Translations under genes and position numbers: made by a program
The notes under the pieces: generated by a model
Databases searched by the model: none
Told to the model about the DNA's origin: nothing
The model's input: the letters and a program-made list of their open reading frames with translations, nothing else
Shown here: one piece after another, positions 35,794-46,575 of the stretch
Layout: each line of letters starts with the position of its first letter
How positions within the stretch are numbered: position 1 is the stretch's first letter
NCBI GenBank assembly: GCA_963814375.1
Contig: CAWFCQ010000004.1
Span: forward strand, 96,001-160,000
Direction of reading: 5' to 3'
DNA length: 64,000 nucleotides
DNA from: an uncultured Chloroflexia bacterium
GTDB taxonomy: Bacteria > Chloroflexota > Limnocylindria > QHBO01

Positions 35794-37578
35794 ATGAGCA
35801 CCTCCTTCCGGACGCACACCTGTGGCGAGCTGCGCGCCGCGGACGACGGCGAGCGGGTCACGCTGGCCGGGTGGGTGCATCGGCGGCGCGATCACGGGCA
35901 TCTCGCCTTCTTCGACCTCCGAGACCGCCACGGCATCACCCAGGTGGTGACGAGCGCCGAGGAGGCGGCCGATGCGCACGCCGCCGCCGAGCCGGTGCGC
36001 AACGAGTGGGTCGTCCAGGTCGAGGGCGTCGTGCGGGCACGGCCCGCGGGCACGGCCAACACCGAGCTGCCGACCGGTGAGATCGAGGTTGCGGTCGATC
36101 GCCTCACCGTGCTCAACGCGTCGAAGGTGCCGCCGTTCTACATCAACGAGGAGCAGGCCGGCCTCGACGAGAGCCTGCGGCTGAAGCATCGCTATCTCGA
36201 CCTTCGCAGGCCGGAGCTCCAGCGGAGAATCCTGCTTCGATCTCGGCTCGCGGGAGCCATCCGGCGCACGCTCGAGGCCGATGGCTTCGCCGACATCGAG
36301 ACGCCCACGCTCATCCGCTCGACGCCGGAGGGAGCGCGCGACTTCGTCGTTCCCAGCCGCCAACAGCCGGGCGAGTTCTACGCGCTGCCGCAGTCGCCGC
36401 AGCAGCTCAAGCAGCTGCTCATGGTCGCCGGCTACGACCGGTACTACCAGCTCGCGCGCTGCTACCGCGACGAGGACTCACGCGGAGATCGCCAGCCGGA
36501 GTTCACCCAGCTCGATCTCGAGATGAGCTTCGTGGCCGAGGAGGACGTCATGTCCACCGTCGAGCGCACGGTCGCGGCGGTCAGCCGCGAGATCCTGCCC
36601 GACCGGCCGATCCTCCACGATCCCTTCCCGCGGCTCACGTACGCCGAGGCGATGGCACGTTATGGCTCGGACAAGCCCGATATCCGTTTCGGAATGGAGC
36701 TGGTCGAGCTGTCGGACGCGGTCCGCGGCGTCGACTTCCGCGTCTTCTCCGAGCCGATCGCCGCGGGTGGCGCCGTCTACGGCATCACCGCAGCCGGCTG
36801 CGCGGACTACTCGCGCAAGCAGCTCGACGAGCTGACCGACCTCGCCAAGCGCCACGGCGCGAAGGGGCTCGTCCACCTGTCGGTGCAGCCCGACGGTTCG
36901 CTTCATGGGCCGGCCGCCAAGTTTCTGGAGGGTCACGAGACGGCCGTGCTGGCCGCGGCGGGTGCGTCGGCCGGCGATCTCGTCCTCATCGTCGCCGATG
37001 CCGATCCCATCGCTGCAGCCGAGGCGCTCGGCCACGTTCGCCTGGAGATCGGGGAGCGGCTCGGGCAGCGCGATCCATCGGTGCTGGCCTTCGTGTGGGT
37101 CCACCGCTTCCCGATGTTCACCTGGGACGCCGAAGGACAGCGCTGGGACGCGACCCACAACCCGTTCAGCGCGCCGGTGCCGGAGGACGCCGAACGCATC
37201 GAGTCCGACCCGGCATCGGTGCGCGCGCAGCAGTACGACCTCGCGCTCAACGGCTGGGAGCTCGGTGGCGGGTCCGTGCGGATCCACCAGCGGCCGCTGC
37301 TCGAGCGGGCGTTCGCGCTGATGGGCCACTCGGTGGAGGGAATGCGCGACGAGTTCGGCGCGCTCCTCGATGCCCTCGAGTACGGCGCGCCCCCGCACGG
37401 CGGCATCGCCATCGGCCTCGATCGCTGGGCCGCCCTCTTCGCCGACGTCGACAACATTCGCGAAGTCATGGCCTTCCCGAAGACGCAGTCCGGCAGCGAC
37501 CTCATGATGTCGGCACCATCACCGATCGCCCCGCAGCAGCTGGACGAGCTCCGCCTGAGCCTGGTCGAGGAGAGCTGA
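35794..37578 (+). CDS. aspS: Aspartyl-tRNA synthetase, probably non-discriminating
   Basis: RTHTCGEL, RRRDHG (His typical of non-discriminating enzymes), STPEGARDF, LPQSPQ, RQPEFTQLD, GAPPHGG. Confidence 0.96.
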   Translation: MSTSFRTHTCGELRAADDGERVTLAGWVHRRRDHGHLAFFDLRDRHGITQVVTSAEEAADAHAAAEPVRNEWVVQVEGVVRARPAGTANTELPTGEIEVAVDRLTVLNASKVPPFYINEEQAGLDESLRLKHRYLDLRRPELQRRILLRSRLAGAIRRTLEADGFADIETPTLIRSTPEGARDFVVPSRQQPGEFYALPQSPQQLKQLLMVAGYDRYYQLARCYRDEDSRGDRQPEFTQLDLEMSFVAEEDVMSTVERTVAAVSREILPDRPILHDPFPRLTYAEAMARYGSDKPDIRFGMELVELSDAVRGVDFRVFSEPIAAGGAVYGITAAGCADYSRKQLDELTDLAKRHGAKGLVHLSVQPDGSLHGPAAKFLEGHETAVLAAAGASAGDLVLIVADADPIAAAEALGHVRLEIGERLGQRDPSVLAFVWVHRFPMFTWDAEGQRWDATHNPFSAPVPEDAERIESDPASVRAQQYDLALNGWELGGGSVRIHQRPLLERAFALMGHSVEGMRDEFGALLDALEYGAPPHGGIAIGLDRWAALFADVDNIREVMAFPKTQSGSDLMMSAPSPIAPQQLDELRLSLVEES

Positions 37579-37962
37579 TCAGCCGTCGGGCGGCAGGTAG
37601 CTCCCGTCCGCGTCGTGGGTCTCCTGGCCGGTCAGGGCCGGATTAAAGACACACACCAACCGCAGGGGTGAGATGACGCGGATCGTGTGACGGCCGTTGC
37701 CGGGAGCATACGCGTCGCCTGGCCCGAGGCGGTGAACCGCGCCGGTGTCGCGCTCGGTGAGCTCCGCCTCGCCCTCGATGACGAAGCACGCCTCCTGGTG
37801 GTGCTTGTACCAGAGCTGCATCGTGCGTCCCGCCTCGACCGTCGTCTCGGAGAGGGAAAAGCCGAGCCCGTCGGCCCGCACGAAGTGGCGGCGGGCACGC
37901 CAACCCTCGCCGCGCACGTCGTGATCGGTGTCGGTGATCTCCTCCAGCGTTCGAACGATCAT
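37579..37962 (-). CDS. ectC: Solitary ectoine synthase-like cupin
   Basis: MIVRTL, DGLGFS, WYKHH.EAC, CVFNPALTG.ETHD..GSY; GGAGG upstream. Confidence 0.85.
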   Translation of the reverse strand: MIVRTLEEITDTDHDVRGEGWRARRHFVRADGLGFSLSETTVEAGRTMQLWYKHHQEACFVIEGEAELTERDTGAVHRLGPGDAYAPGNGRHTIRVISPLRLVCVFNPALTGQETHDADGSYLPPDG

Positions 37963-38024
37963 CTGTGCCTCCCATGACTGAGCCGGCGACGGCATCGGCC
38001 GACCACCGCGACTATCATCGGTCC

Positions 38025-39170
38025 ATGGCGATCTACCTCGATCACGCGGCGACGTCGCCGCTGCGACCGGAGGTGCTCGAGGCCATGCTCCCGTATCTCA
38101 CCGAGCATCATGGCAACCCGTCGAGCATCCACGCGTCGGGCCGCCGCGCCCGCCAGGGCCTCGACGAGGCCCGCGAGGAGATCGCGCATCACCTTGGCGC
38201 CAAGCCCCGCGAGATCGTCTTCACCGCGAGCGGAACCGAGGCCGACAACCTGGCGCTGAAGGGCGTCGCCTGGGCCGGCACCGCGAACGGCCGCCACGTC
38301 ATCACCAGCAGCGTCGAACACAAGGCGGTGATGAACAGCGCCGCCATCCTCCACCGCAACGGCTTCGAGATCACCTACCTGCCCGTGGACCGATACGGGC
38401 GCGTCGACCCCGAGGAGCTGGCCGCCGCGATCACCGAGCGGACGACGCTCGTCAGCATCGTCTCCGCCAACAACGAGGTCGGCACCATCCAGCCGGTTGC
38501 CGAGATCGGTGGTTTGTGCCGCGACCGACGCATCCCCTTCCATACCGATGCCGTCCAGTCGGCCGCGTTCGGTCCGCCGCCGGTCGACGCGTGGCAGGCC
38601 AGCCTGGTCAGCCTCTCGGCGCACAAGCTCGGCGGGCCGAAAGGCATCGGGGCGCTCTACGTGCGGCAGGGGACCGCGATGGTCCCGCAGGTCCAGGGCG
38701 GCGCCCAGGAGCGGCAGCGCCGCGCGGGCACCGAGAACGTGGCGGCCGCGGTCGGCTTCGCCGCCGCCATGCGGCTCGCATACGCCGAGACGCCCGCCAT
38801 CAGCGAGCTGCGCGATCGGCTGATCGCCGGGTTGACGGCGCTCCCCGGTACGACGCTGACCGGGCACCCGGCCGAGCGGCTCCCGAACAGCGCGTCGTTC
38901 CTGTTCGAGGGCCTGGAGGGTGGCGACCTCGTCGCCGCGCTCGACCTCGAGGGCATCGAGGCCAGCACCGGCAGCGCCTGCACAACCGGCAGCGTCGATC
39001 CCTCTCATGTGCTCCTGGCGATGGGGATCGACGAGCAGCTGGCGCACGGGTCGCTTCGGCTCACGCTTGGCTCGGAGACGACCGCTGAGGACGTCGAGCG
39101 CACCATCGAGGTCGTCGGAGCGTGCGTCGAGCGGCTGCGGTCAGCCCGCGCGATGGTCGCCAGCGCATGA
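38025..39170 (+). CDS. iscS: Cysteine desulfurase (IscS/NifS type)
   Basis: YLDHAAT, GNPSS, NNEVG, HTDAVQ, SAHK, GSACT. Confidence 0.93.
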   Translation: MAIYLDHAATSPLRPEVLEAMLPYLTEHHGNPSSIHASGRRARQGLDEAREEIAHHLGAKPREIVFTASGTEADNLALKGVAWAGTANGRHVITSSVEHKAVMNSAAILHRNGFEITYLPVDRYGRVDPEELAAAITERTTLVSIVSANNEVGTIQPVAEIGGLCRDRRIPFHTDAVQSAAFGPPPVDAWQASLVSLSAHKLGGPKGIGALYVRQGTAMVPQVQGGAQERQRRAGTENVAAAVGFAAAMRLAYAETPAISELRDRLIAGLTALPGTTLTGHPAERLPNSASFLFEGLEGGDLVAALDLEGIEASTGSACTTGSVDPSHVLLAMGIDEQLAHGSLRLTLGSETTAEDVERTIEVVGACVERLRSARAMVASA

Positions 39171-40252
39171 GCCGCATCGTGGCCGCCATGAGCGGCGGGG
39201 TCGACTCGTCGGTCGCCGCGGCGCTGCTGGCGCGCGAGCAGCGTGACGACGAGATCATCGGCGTCTGGATGCGCACCCACGGAGACCTGCCGGAGGGCTA
39301 CGAGCTGTCGCGCAGCTGCTGCTCGCCGGACGCCGCCGATGACGCACGCCGGGTCGCGCAGATCGTCGGCATCCCGTTCTACGTGCTCAATGTGGAGCGC
39401 GAGTTCGGCGCGCGGGTCATCGACGCCTTCGTCGACGCCTACCTGGACGGCGCCACGCCGAACCCGTGCCAGGCCTGCAACCAGTACATCAAGTTTGACG
39501 AGCTCCTCCGCCGCGGCCTGGCAGCCTACGGAGCCGATGCGGTCGCGACCGGCCACTACGCTCGGCTCGAGCACCGCGATGGCCGATGGCGGCTGATGCG
39601 CGCCGCCGACACGGACAAGGACCAGACCTACTTCCTGTGGGTGCTCGACCAGGAGCAGCTGGCTCGCACGCGCTTCCCGCTCGGCGACCTGAAAAAGCCG
39701 GAGGTGCGCGCGATCGCGGCGGACCTCACGCTGCCGACCGCGCACAAGCCCGAGTCGCAGGAGATCTGCTTCGTTCCGCTCGGCGACTACCGTGCGCTGC
39801 TCGAGGAGCGCCGCGGATACGCCGGCGACCCCGGACCGATCGTCGACGCGGACGGGACGCGGGTCGGAACGCACACCGGCTATGCGCATTACACCGTCGG
39901 GCAGCGCCACGGCCTCGGGGTAGCGCTCGGGGAGGCGGTGTACGTGCGCGAGGTGCAGCCGGCGAGCAACACCGTCGTCATCGGGCGACGCGAGGAGGTC
40001 GCCCAGCGCTCGTTCAGCGTGGATGGCGCGCGTCTCGTGGCGGGCGAGCCGCCCGGGGAGCGCTTCACCGCCTCGGTGCGGATCCGCCACCGCGCTCCGG
40101 CGGTGCCGGCGGAGGTGACGATGGTGGGTCGCGATCGATTCGTGGTGGAGACCGTCGAGCCGGTTTGGGCCCCGGCACCGGGGCAGGCCGCGGTGCTCTA
40201 CGACGGCGACGAATGCCTTGGCGGAGGGCGCATCGCCCGCGCCGACGCCTGA
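39167..40252 (+). CDS. mnmA: tRNA 2-thiouridylase MnmA
   Basis: AMSGGVDSS, SCC, TPNPC..CN, ATGHY, KDQTYFL, SQEICF, PGQAAV. Confidence 0.96.
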   Translation: MSRIVAAMSGGVDSSVAAALLAREQRDDEIIGVWMRTHGDLPEGYELSRSCCSPDAADDARRVAQIVGIPFYVLNVEREFGARVIDAFVDAYLDGATPNPCQACNQYIKFDELLRRGLAAYGADAVATGHYARLEHRDGRWRLMRAADTDKDQTYFLWVLDQEQLARTRFPLGDLKKPEVRAIAADLTLPTAHKPESQEICFVPLGDYRALLEERRGYAGDPGPIVDADGTRVGTHTGYAHYTVGQRHGLGVALGEAVYVREVQPASNTVVIGRREEVAQRSFSVDGARLVAGEPPGERFTASVRIRHRAPAVPAEVTMVGRDRFVVETVEPVWAPAPGQAAVLYDGDECLGGGRIARADA

Positions 40253-40264
40253 GGCGCGGCTCGC

Positions 40265-40538
40265 GTGCCTCCCTGGCTGATCTGGGTTCCGCTCCTGGCG
40301 CTCATCAACCTGCTGGTGTTCGTGACGATTCGAGGGCGCTGGGGCCGCTCGTTCTGGCTCCTGGCGGCTGCCGCGGTGATCGGCGTCGTGATCGGCGACC
40401 AGGTCGCCGGACGGATTGGCCTCGACCTCATCCGGATCGGAGAGATGCACGTGCTCGGGAGCGTCGATTGCGGCCCAGCTGTTCATGCTGGCGGTGGTGC
40501 TGCTCGGAGCGCTCGGCCCGGTCCGCGTCGAGGACTGA
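40265..40538 (+). CDS. Small three-TM membrane protein, frameshifted by one extra base near 40458
   Basis: Hydrophobic MPPWLIWV...MHVL continues as GASIAAQLFMLAVVLLGALGPVRVED* in the +1 frame; the ORF track fuses it to pepA by accident. Confidence 0.6.
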
Positions 40539-40605
40539 CGGACGAGAGCACTCGACGGAGCAACCGTCGCGCCGATAGGATGGATCCCCCGAACCGAGGC
40601 GTCAC

Positions 40606-42133
40606 ATGGCCACTGCCCTCGCCGGCGCGCGCGTCCCGCCCGCGCCTTCCCTCGATCGCGCCGCGCGCGCGACAATCAGCGTCACGCTCCACGCTGCCGG
40701 ATGGCGCAACCGCGATCGGCGTTCCGGTCGCTTCGTCCGGCCCGGTCCCGGCCGCGCTCGGCGTCGACCGGCGGCGGCTGAAGTCGTGGGGCTTCGACGG
40801 CTCGGTCGGGTCGACCTTCGTGGTCCCGGCGTCGGACGGGCGCCTGCACGTCGCCGGTGGCGTGGGGGACGCCACCGCCCTGGATTCATCGGCGATCCGC
40901 CACGCCGCGGCCGCGTTTGCTCGCGCAGCCGCCGGGCACGATCAGCTCGCAGTCAGCCTCGAGCGCGTGGCTGTCGACGTGGCGGCCGCCGTCCAGGCGA
41001 CGGTCGAGGGGGTCCTCCTGGCGCGCTACCGCTATGACGCGCTGCGCAGCTCACCCGGCGCCAAGCGCGTGCGGCGCCTGGCGCTCGTGGTTCAGCCGGA
41101 CGATGTGGCCGCCGCACGCCTGGGGGCGAAGCGAGGGCAGGCGCTCGCCGGCGCGACGATGCTGGCACGCGACCTGGCGAACTCGCCGCACAACCACCTG
41201 AGCGCATCGCGCATGGCCGAGATCGCGATCGGCCTCGGCGCCGAGCACGGCTTCGACGTCGAGGTCTTCGACGAGGGGGTTCTGGTCGAGATGGGGATCG
41301 GCGGCCTGCTCGGCGTCAATGCCGGCAGCTCTGAGCCGCCGCGGATGATCAAGCTCAGCTATCGACCGGAGTCGCCGACCGGCCGCCTGGCGATGGTCGG
41401 CAAGGGAATCATGTACGACTCCGGCGGGATCGCGCTCAAGCCCGCGGACCTCGTCCACGCGGCCATGAAGAACGACATGTCCGGCGCCGGGGCGATCCTG
41501 GCCGCATTTGCCGAGCTGCGCGAGCTCGGATGCACGACCGAGGTGACCGGGTTCCTGATGTGCACCGACAGCATGCCGTCCGGCACGGCCATGGCCCTCG
41601 GTGACGTGATCACCATCCGAGGTGGCACGACCATCGAGGTGCTCAACACAGATGCCGAGGGCCGGCTGGTGATGGCCGACGCCCTCGTCCTGGCGACCGA
41701 GGAGGGGCACGACGCGATCGTCGACATCGCGACTCTCACCGGCGCCACACAGCGGGCCTTCGGTCGTGACATCGCCAGCGTCTTCGGCAACGACGACGGC
41801 CTCGTCGACCAGGTGCGTGCCGCCGCGGACGCCAGCGATGAGAAGGTCTGGCCGATGCCGCTGCATCGGCCCTACCGGGCGATGCTGAGCTCGAACGTGG
41901 CCGACATGTCGAACATGGCCTACGGCGACGGCGGCGCGATCACCGCCGCGCTCTTCCTGGCCGAGTTCGTCGGCCAGACGCCGTGGGCGCACATCGACAT
42001 CGCGGGGACCGCTCAGGCGGATCGGGACAGCTCATGGACGACGGCGGGCTGCACCGGGTTCGGTGCGCGCCTGCTGGTGGAGCTCGCCGTGGGCTTCACG
42101 CCCCCGCGGGCGACGGAGGTTGGCGCGAGCTAG
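40606..42133 (+). CDS. pepA: Leucyl aminopeptidase (M17), frameshifted by one extra base near 40687
   Basis: GKGIMYDSGG, MKNDMSG, NTDAEGRL, ATLTG, WAHIDIAG; N-terminus MATALAG...ATISVT joins STLPDGATAIG. Confidence 0.88.
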
Positions 42134-42564
42134 CCAGGCCCGAACCTGAGCTCGGTGTCGCCGCCGATGACGAGCTCGTCTCCCGTGAGCGCCCAGGTCT
42201 CGGCGCCCTCGAGAGCGCCGAGGTAGTCCGTCTCGAGCTGGGCGAGTCCTTCATCGGTGCATGCCATCCGCGTCGTGGCCAGGGGGCCGAAGGTGATCGT
42301 CCCCTCGCCGAGCTCGGCGCTCCCGTTGAAGTTATTGCAGCCTGCCAGCCCGCTGACGGTGCCGTCCTCGCCGAAGACGAGCGTGGATGCAGAAAGCTCC
42401 GGGGGAGTCTCGCCGCCGATCTCGACCAGCAGCCAGGTCGTGCCATCGAGGCTCGCCGGATCTCCGCCTTCTTCCGCTGCGGACTCCGCGGGCGAGCCGG
42501 ACGCGGCGGAGCACCCGGCGAGCACCAGCGCCAGGGCCGTCAGCGTCGTCGCGATCCTGCGCAT
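42130..42564 (-). CDS. META/HslJ-domain lipoprotein
   Basis: Lipobox LAGC, W.LVEI.G, GCNNF, TRMAC. Confidence 0.88.
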   Translation of the reverse strand: MRRIATTLTALALVLAGCSAASGSPAESAAEEGGDPASLDGTTWLLVEIGGETPPELSASTLVFGEDGTVSGLAGCNNFNGSAELGEGTITFGPLATTRMACTDEGLAQLETDYLGALEGAETWALTGDELVIGGDTELRFGPG

Positions 42565-42761
42565 AGGTGCCTCCAGGTGAGTGTGGCGAACGCAGTCACC
42601 GTACTCCACCGGCAACGCCGGATGTCAAGGGCCGGACGAGGTGTCGCGGGGTAATCTGGGGCGGACGAGGCGGTGACCGCGGCGGGGATGTGTCAGGACG
42701 GTCGTCGTACCACCCGCAGCCTCGGGCCGGACGTGGGTCGGGGCTTCCAGGAGGCGACGCG

Positions 42762-44416
42762 ATGACGGCCACGGCGGCCCCGGTCCCGGCGAGACGCTCC
42801 TTCAGCGAGCGGATGCTCGATGGCATCGAGCGACTGGGGAACAAGGTCCCGCACCCGGTGCTGATGTTCCTCTACCTGATCATCATCGTCATCGTTCTGT
42901 CGCACGTCCTCTACCTGTTCGGTGTGAGCGTCACCGACCAGATCGCGGTCCCGAACGAAGTGCCAGTCGTCCCGGACTACTACGAGGACTCGACCCAGCC
43001 GATTCTCGAGCCCGGCGCCGGAGATCTCGACTACGAGGACGACTGGCACATCGAGGAGGTGACGATCCCGGTCCAGAGCCTCCTCACGACCGAGGGCGTC
43101 CGCTTCATCTTCACCAGCTTCGTGCCGAACTTCGCCGGCTTCGGGGTCGTCGCGGTCACCTTCGTGGCGCTCATGGGCGCCGGTGTCGCGGAGGCCGGCG
43201 GACTCATGGGAGCGCTCATCCGCGGTCTTGTCGCCGCCTCGCCGCGGCGGATGCTCTCGTTCATCCTCATCTTCGTCGGCGTGCTGGCCAGCGTCGCCTC
43301 GGATGCCGGCTACCTGATCCTCATCCCGCTCGGAGCGGCGGCGTTTCTGAGCGTCGGGCGTCACCCGCTGGCCGGAATGGCCGCGTGCTTTGCCGGCGTC
43401 GGCGCGATCTTCGGGGTGAACCCGATCCCCGGTCCGATCGACGCGATGATCACCGAGGTGACGAACGAGGCTCTCGGCCTCATTCCCGGCGCGGAGCCGA
43501 TCACGATCGTGGCGAATTACTGGTTCTCGGTCGTCTCGTCGGTGGTTCTGGCCCTCGCGGCCTACTGTCGTCACCGAGCGGATCATCGAGCCGCGCCTCG
43601 GTGCCTACACCGGCACGCCGAGCGGGGTCGCTGCGGCCGGAGGAGATCGACAAGGCTTCGGAGGCGCGGGGACTGCGCTGGGCGCTCGTCGGGTTCCTCG
43701 GCTTCCTGGCGCTCCTTCTCCTGATCACCATCCCCGAGGGATCGGCTCTCCGCGACCCGGTCACCGGCGACATCATCGGCACGACGCCGTTCATGGACAG
43801 CCTGCTGTTCATCATCGCCATGTTCTTCCTGGTCTCGGGCATCGGGTTCGGCTACGGCGCGGGGACCTTCAAGAGCCCGAACGACGTGATCGCGGCGGTG
43901 ACGAAGACCTTCGCCGGGCTGGCCGGCCTCGTCTTCATGCTCCTGATGATCGCCCAGTTCATCGCCTTCTTTAATTTCACGAACATGCCCGACGTCATCG
44001 GCATCGCGCTGGCCGAGTTCCTCGAGACGGCGGGCATCGGAGCCCTGCCGCTGCTCATCGGGATGATCTTCGTGATCTTGGTTCTCGACGTGATCATGCC
44101 CGGGCTCATCCCGAAGTGGGCCATTTTCGCCCCGATCCTGGTCCCGCTCTTCTACAACCTCGGGGTCCCCGCACAGACGCTGCTTGCGGCGTATCGCGTC
44201 GGCGACTCGCCGCTCAACGTGGTGACGCCGCTGATGGTGTATCTGCCGTTCATCGTCACCATCGCGCAGCGCTACGACCCGAAGGCGGGGATCGGCACGG
44301 TCATCGCCCTGATGATCCCGTACGTGCTCGTGATCGCGGGGGTGTGGATCGTCCTGTTCGTGCTGTGGTTCGTGCTCGGCCTGCCGCTCGGCCCGGGATA
44401 TCCGATCACGATCTGA
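42762..44416 (+). CDS. AbgT-family transporter with two one-base frameshifts (~43563 and ~43630)
   Basis: LDGIERLGNKVPHP, SDAGY, GRHPLAG, VTERIIEPRLG (middle frame), AYRVGDS..N..TP; AGGAGG RBS. Confidence 0.85.
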
Positions 44417-44443
44417 CGGGCGATCCGTTGAGAGGACCAAGCG

Positions 44444-46015
44444 GTGAGTGAGGTTGCGATCACCTTCGCGGTGATCACGGCCATCGTCGTGCTGTTCGTA
44501 TGGGGCCGGCTGCCGGTCGAGGTCGTGTCGATCGGCGCGGCACTGGCCCTGTGGGCGACCGGCGTGCTCACGATCGAGCAGACCCTGGCCGGATTCGGTG
44601 ATCCGACCGTGGTCTTCATCGCGGCGCTCTTCGTCGTCAGCGAGAGCCTCGAGGTGAGCGGGGTGACCGCCTGGGCCGGCCAGCAGCTCATCAATCGGGC
44701 CGGGACGAGCCATACCCGCCTCCTGGTCCTGACCATGCTCGTGGTCGCCGCGCTCACGGCGATCATCACCGTGAACGCCGCGGTGGCGGCGTTACTGCCG
44801 GTCGTCGTCGTGGCTGCGACCCGGCTCGAGAAGGCGCCATCGAAGCTGCTCATCCCGCTCGTCTTTGGCGCGCACGCGGGGTCGCAGCTTGCGCTGACCG
44901 GTTCGAACGTCAACCTTCTCGTCTCCGGCGCGGTGGCCGACTATGGCGGCGAGCCGTTCGCCTTTTTCGAGTTCGCGCTGGTCGGCATTCCCCTCCTCGT
45001 TGGGACGGTGATCGTCGTCGCCCTCCTCGCCAACCGGCTGCTGCCGACCCGGACGCCCCGGAAGATCTCGGCCGACCTGAGCCAGCACGCGCGCACGCTC
45101 GTTCGCCAGTACGGGCTCGGGACCGGCGTCGCCGAAACAGTCGCCTTCAACCGGGAGATCGGCCTCGCCGAGGTCGTCATCCCGCCGCGCTCGGCCTTCC
45201 TGGGGCAGCGCGTCTTCCGCGGCATGGTCACCGAGAGCGGAGACCTGGTGGTCGCCGCCATCCAGCGTAAGGGCTACGACCTCGAGGAAGAGGACGTCGA
45301 GCTGGCCGCCGGCGACGTGCTCCTACTCCAGGGCCCGTGGGCCGCCCTGGACACGAAGGCAGAGCACCCCGGCGTGCTCGTGGTGGACCAGCCCGATGCG
45401 ATTCGCCGGCAGGCTGTCCCACTCGGCCTCCGAGCCTGGGAGGCGATGCTGGTCCTGGTCGGGATGGTGGCCCTGCTGGTGACCGGTCTCGTGCCGCCGG
45501 CAGTCGCCGGGCTGCTTGCCGCCGGCGCGATCGTCGTCCTCGGGATCGTCTCGATCGAGGGAGCCTACCGCGCGATCAACTGGACCACGGTGATCCTCGT
45601 CGGCGCCCTGCTGCCGCTTTCGACCGCCATGTTCGAGACCGGCGCGGCCGATGTGGTTGGCGGCGCCCTCATCGACGTCGTCGGAGGACTGGGGCCGTAT
45701 GGCCTGCTGGTCGGGCTGTTCGTGGTCACCGCCATCTTCGGGCAGCTCATCAGCAACACGGCGACGGCGCTGATCATGATGCCGATCGGCGCCGCCGCGT
45801 CGGCGGAGCTCGGCGTCGACATCCGCCCGGTGCTCATGACGATCTCGGTCGCGTCAGCTGCCGCGCTGCTCACCCCCGTCGCCACGCCGGTCAACCTGAT
45901 CGCGATGGGGGCGGCCGGCTATCGATTCGGCGACTACTGGAAGCTGGGCCTGGTGGTGATGGCGGTGTTCTTCGGAGTCGCGGTGTTCGTGGTCCCGGTC
46001 TTCTGGCCCTTCTGA
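44444..46015 (+). CDS. SLC13/DASS-family permease with a TrkA-C (RCK_C) domain
   Basis: Many TM segments, ISNTATA, TPVATPVN, GYRFGDYWKLG; cytoplasmic RCK_C insert. Confidence 0.88.
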   Translation: MSEVAITFAVITAIVVLFVWGRLPVEVVSIGAALALWATGVLTIEQTLAGFGDPTVVFIAALFVVSESLEVSGVTAWAGQQLINRAGTSHTRLLVLTMLVVAALTAIITVNAAVAALLPVVVVAATRLEKAPSKLLIPLVFGAHAGSQLALTGSNVNLLVSGAVADYGGEPFAFFEFALVGIPLLVGTVIVVALLANRLLPTRTPRKISADLSQHARTLVRQYGLGTGVAETVAFNREIGLAEVVIPPRSAFLGQRVFRGMVTESGDLVVAAIQRKGYDLEEEDVELAAGDVLLLQGPWAALDTKAEHPGVLVVDQPDAIRRQAVPLGLRAWEAMLVLVGMVALLVTGLVPPAVAGLLAAGAIVVLGIVSIEGAYRAINWTTVILVGALLPLSTAMFETGAADVVGGALIDVVGGLGPYGLLVGLFVVTAIFGQLISNTATALIMMPIGAAASAELGVDIRPVLMTISVASAAALLTPVATPVNLIAMGAAGYRFGDYWKLGLVVMAVFFGVAVFVVPVFWPF

Positions 46016-46051
46016 CGCGTATGCCGTACTGTTGCCGAGGGGGTCAACCTC

Positions 46052-46531
46052 ATGGAGGAATCGATGTCCAGTCTCGCGACGCTTCGGTCAGTGGCCGTCA
46101 GGCCGATCGTGGCCGTCCTCGCCCTGCTTCCCTTCGTCCTCGCGGCGTGCAGCGAAGTCGGCACGGCCAACCTGACCTTCTGGGACGTGGTCTTCTCGAT
46201 GATCGCGTTCTTCTTCTGGTTCATGTTCATCTGGATCTTCATCTCGATCTTCGGTGACATCTTCCGACGCAACGACCTGTCGGGAGGCGCCAAGGCCCTG
46301 TGGGTCCTCGCCCTGGTGTTCCTGCCGTTCCTCGGCGCGCTGATCTACCTCGTCGCGCGGCCGAAGCTGACGGCCCAGGACGTCGAATCGCTCACGATGA
46401 TGGACGCGGCCAACAAGGCAGCGTCATCGGTCACGCCGACCGACCAGATCGCCAAGCTGGCGGAGCTGCGGGCGTCCGGCGCCATCACCGAGGAGGAGTA
46501 CACCGCCCTCAAGGCGAAGGCGATGGGCTGA
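46052..46531 (+). CDS. Membrane protein with PLDc_N and SHOCT domains
   Basis: DIFRR.DLSG..KALW...PFLG.LIYL; C-terminal LAEL..SGAITEEEY..LKAK. Confidence 0.8.
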   Translation: MEESMSSLATLRSVAVRPIVAVLALLPFVLAACSEVGTANLTFWDVVFSMIAFFFWFMFIWIFISIFGDIFRRNDLSGGAKALWVLALVFLPFLGALIYLVARPKLTAQDVESLTMMDAANKAASSVTPTDQIAKLAELRASGAITEEEYTALKAKAMG

Positions 46532-46575
46532 CGCCCGGGAAGATGGCCGCGCGGCCGGCGGTGTAGAGTCGCGCC

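Noticed and set aside
40265-42133. Membrane-anchored leucyl aminopeptidase fusion
   Set aside because: Artefact of two one-base frameshifts joining a small membrane gene to pepA through non-coding sequence
42636-42750. Short GCCGGACG/GCGGACGAGG repeats upstream of the AbgT gene as a riboswitch or operator
   Set aside because: Short, GC-rich and irregularly spaced; I recognise no riboswitch consensus
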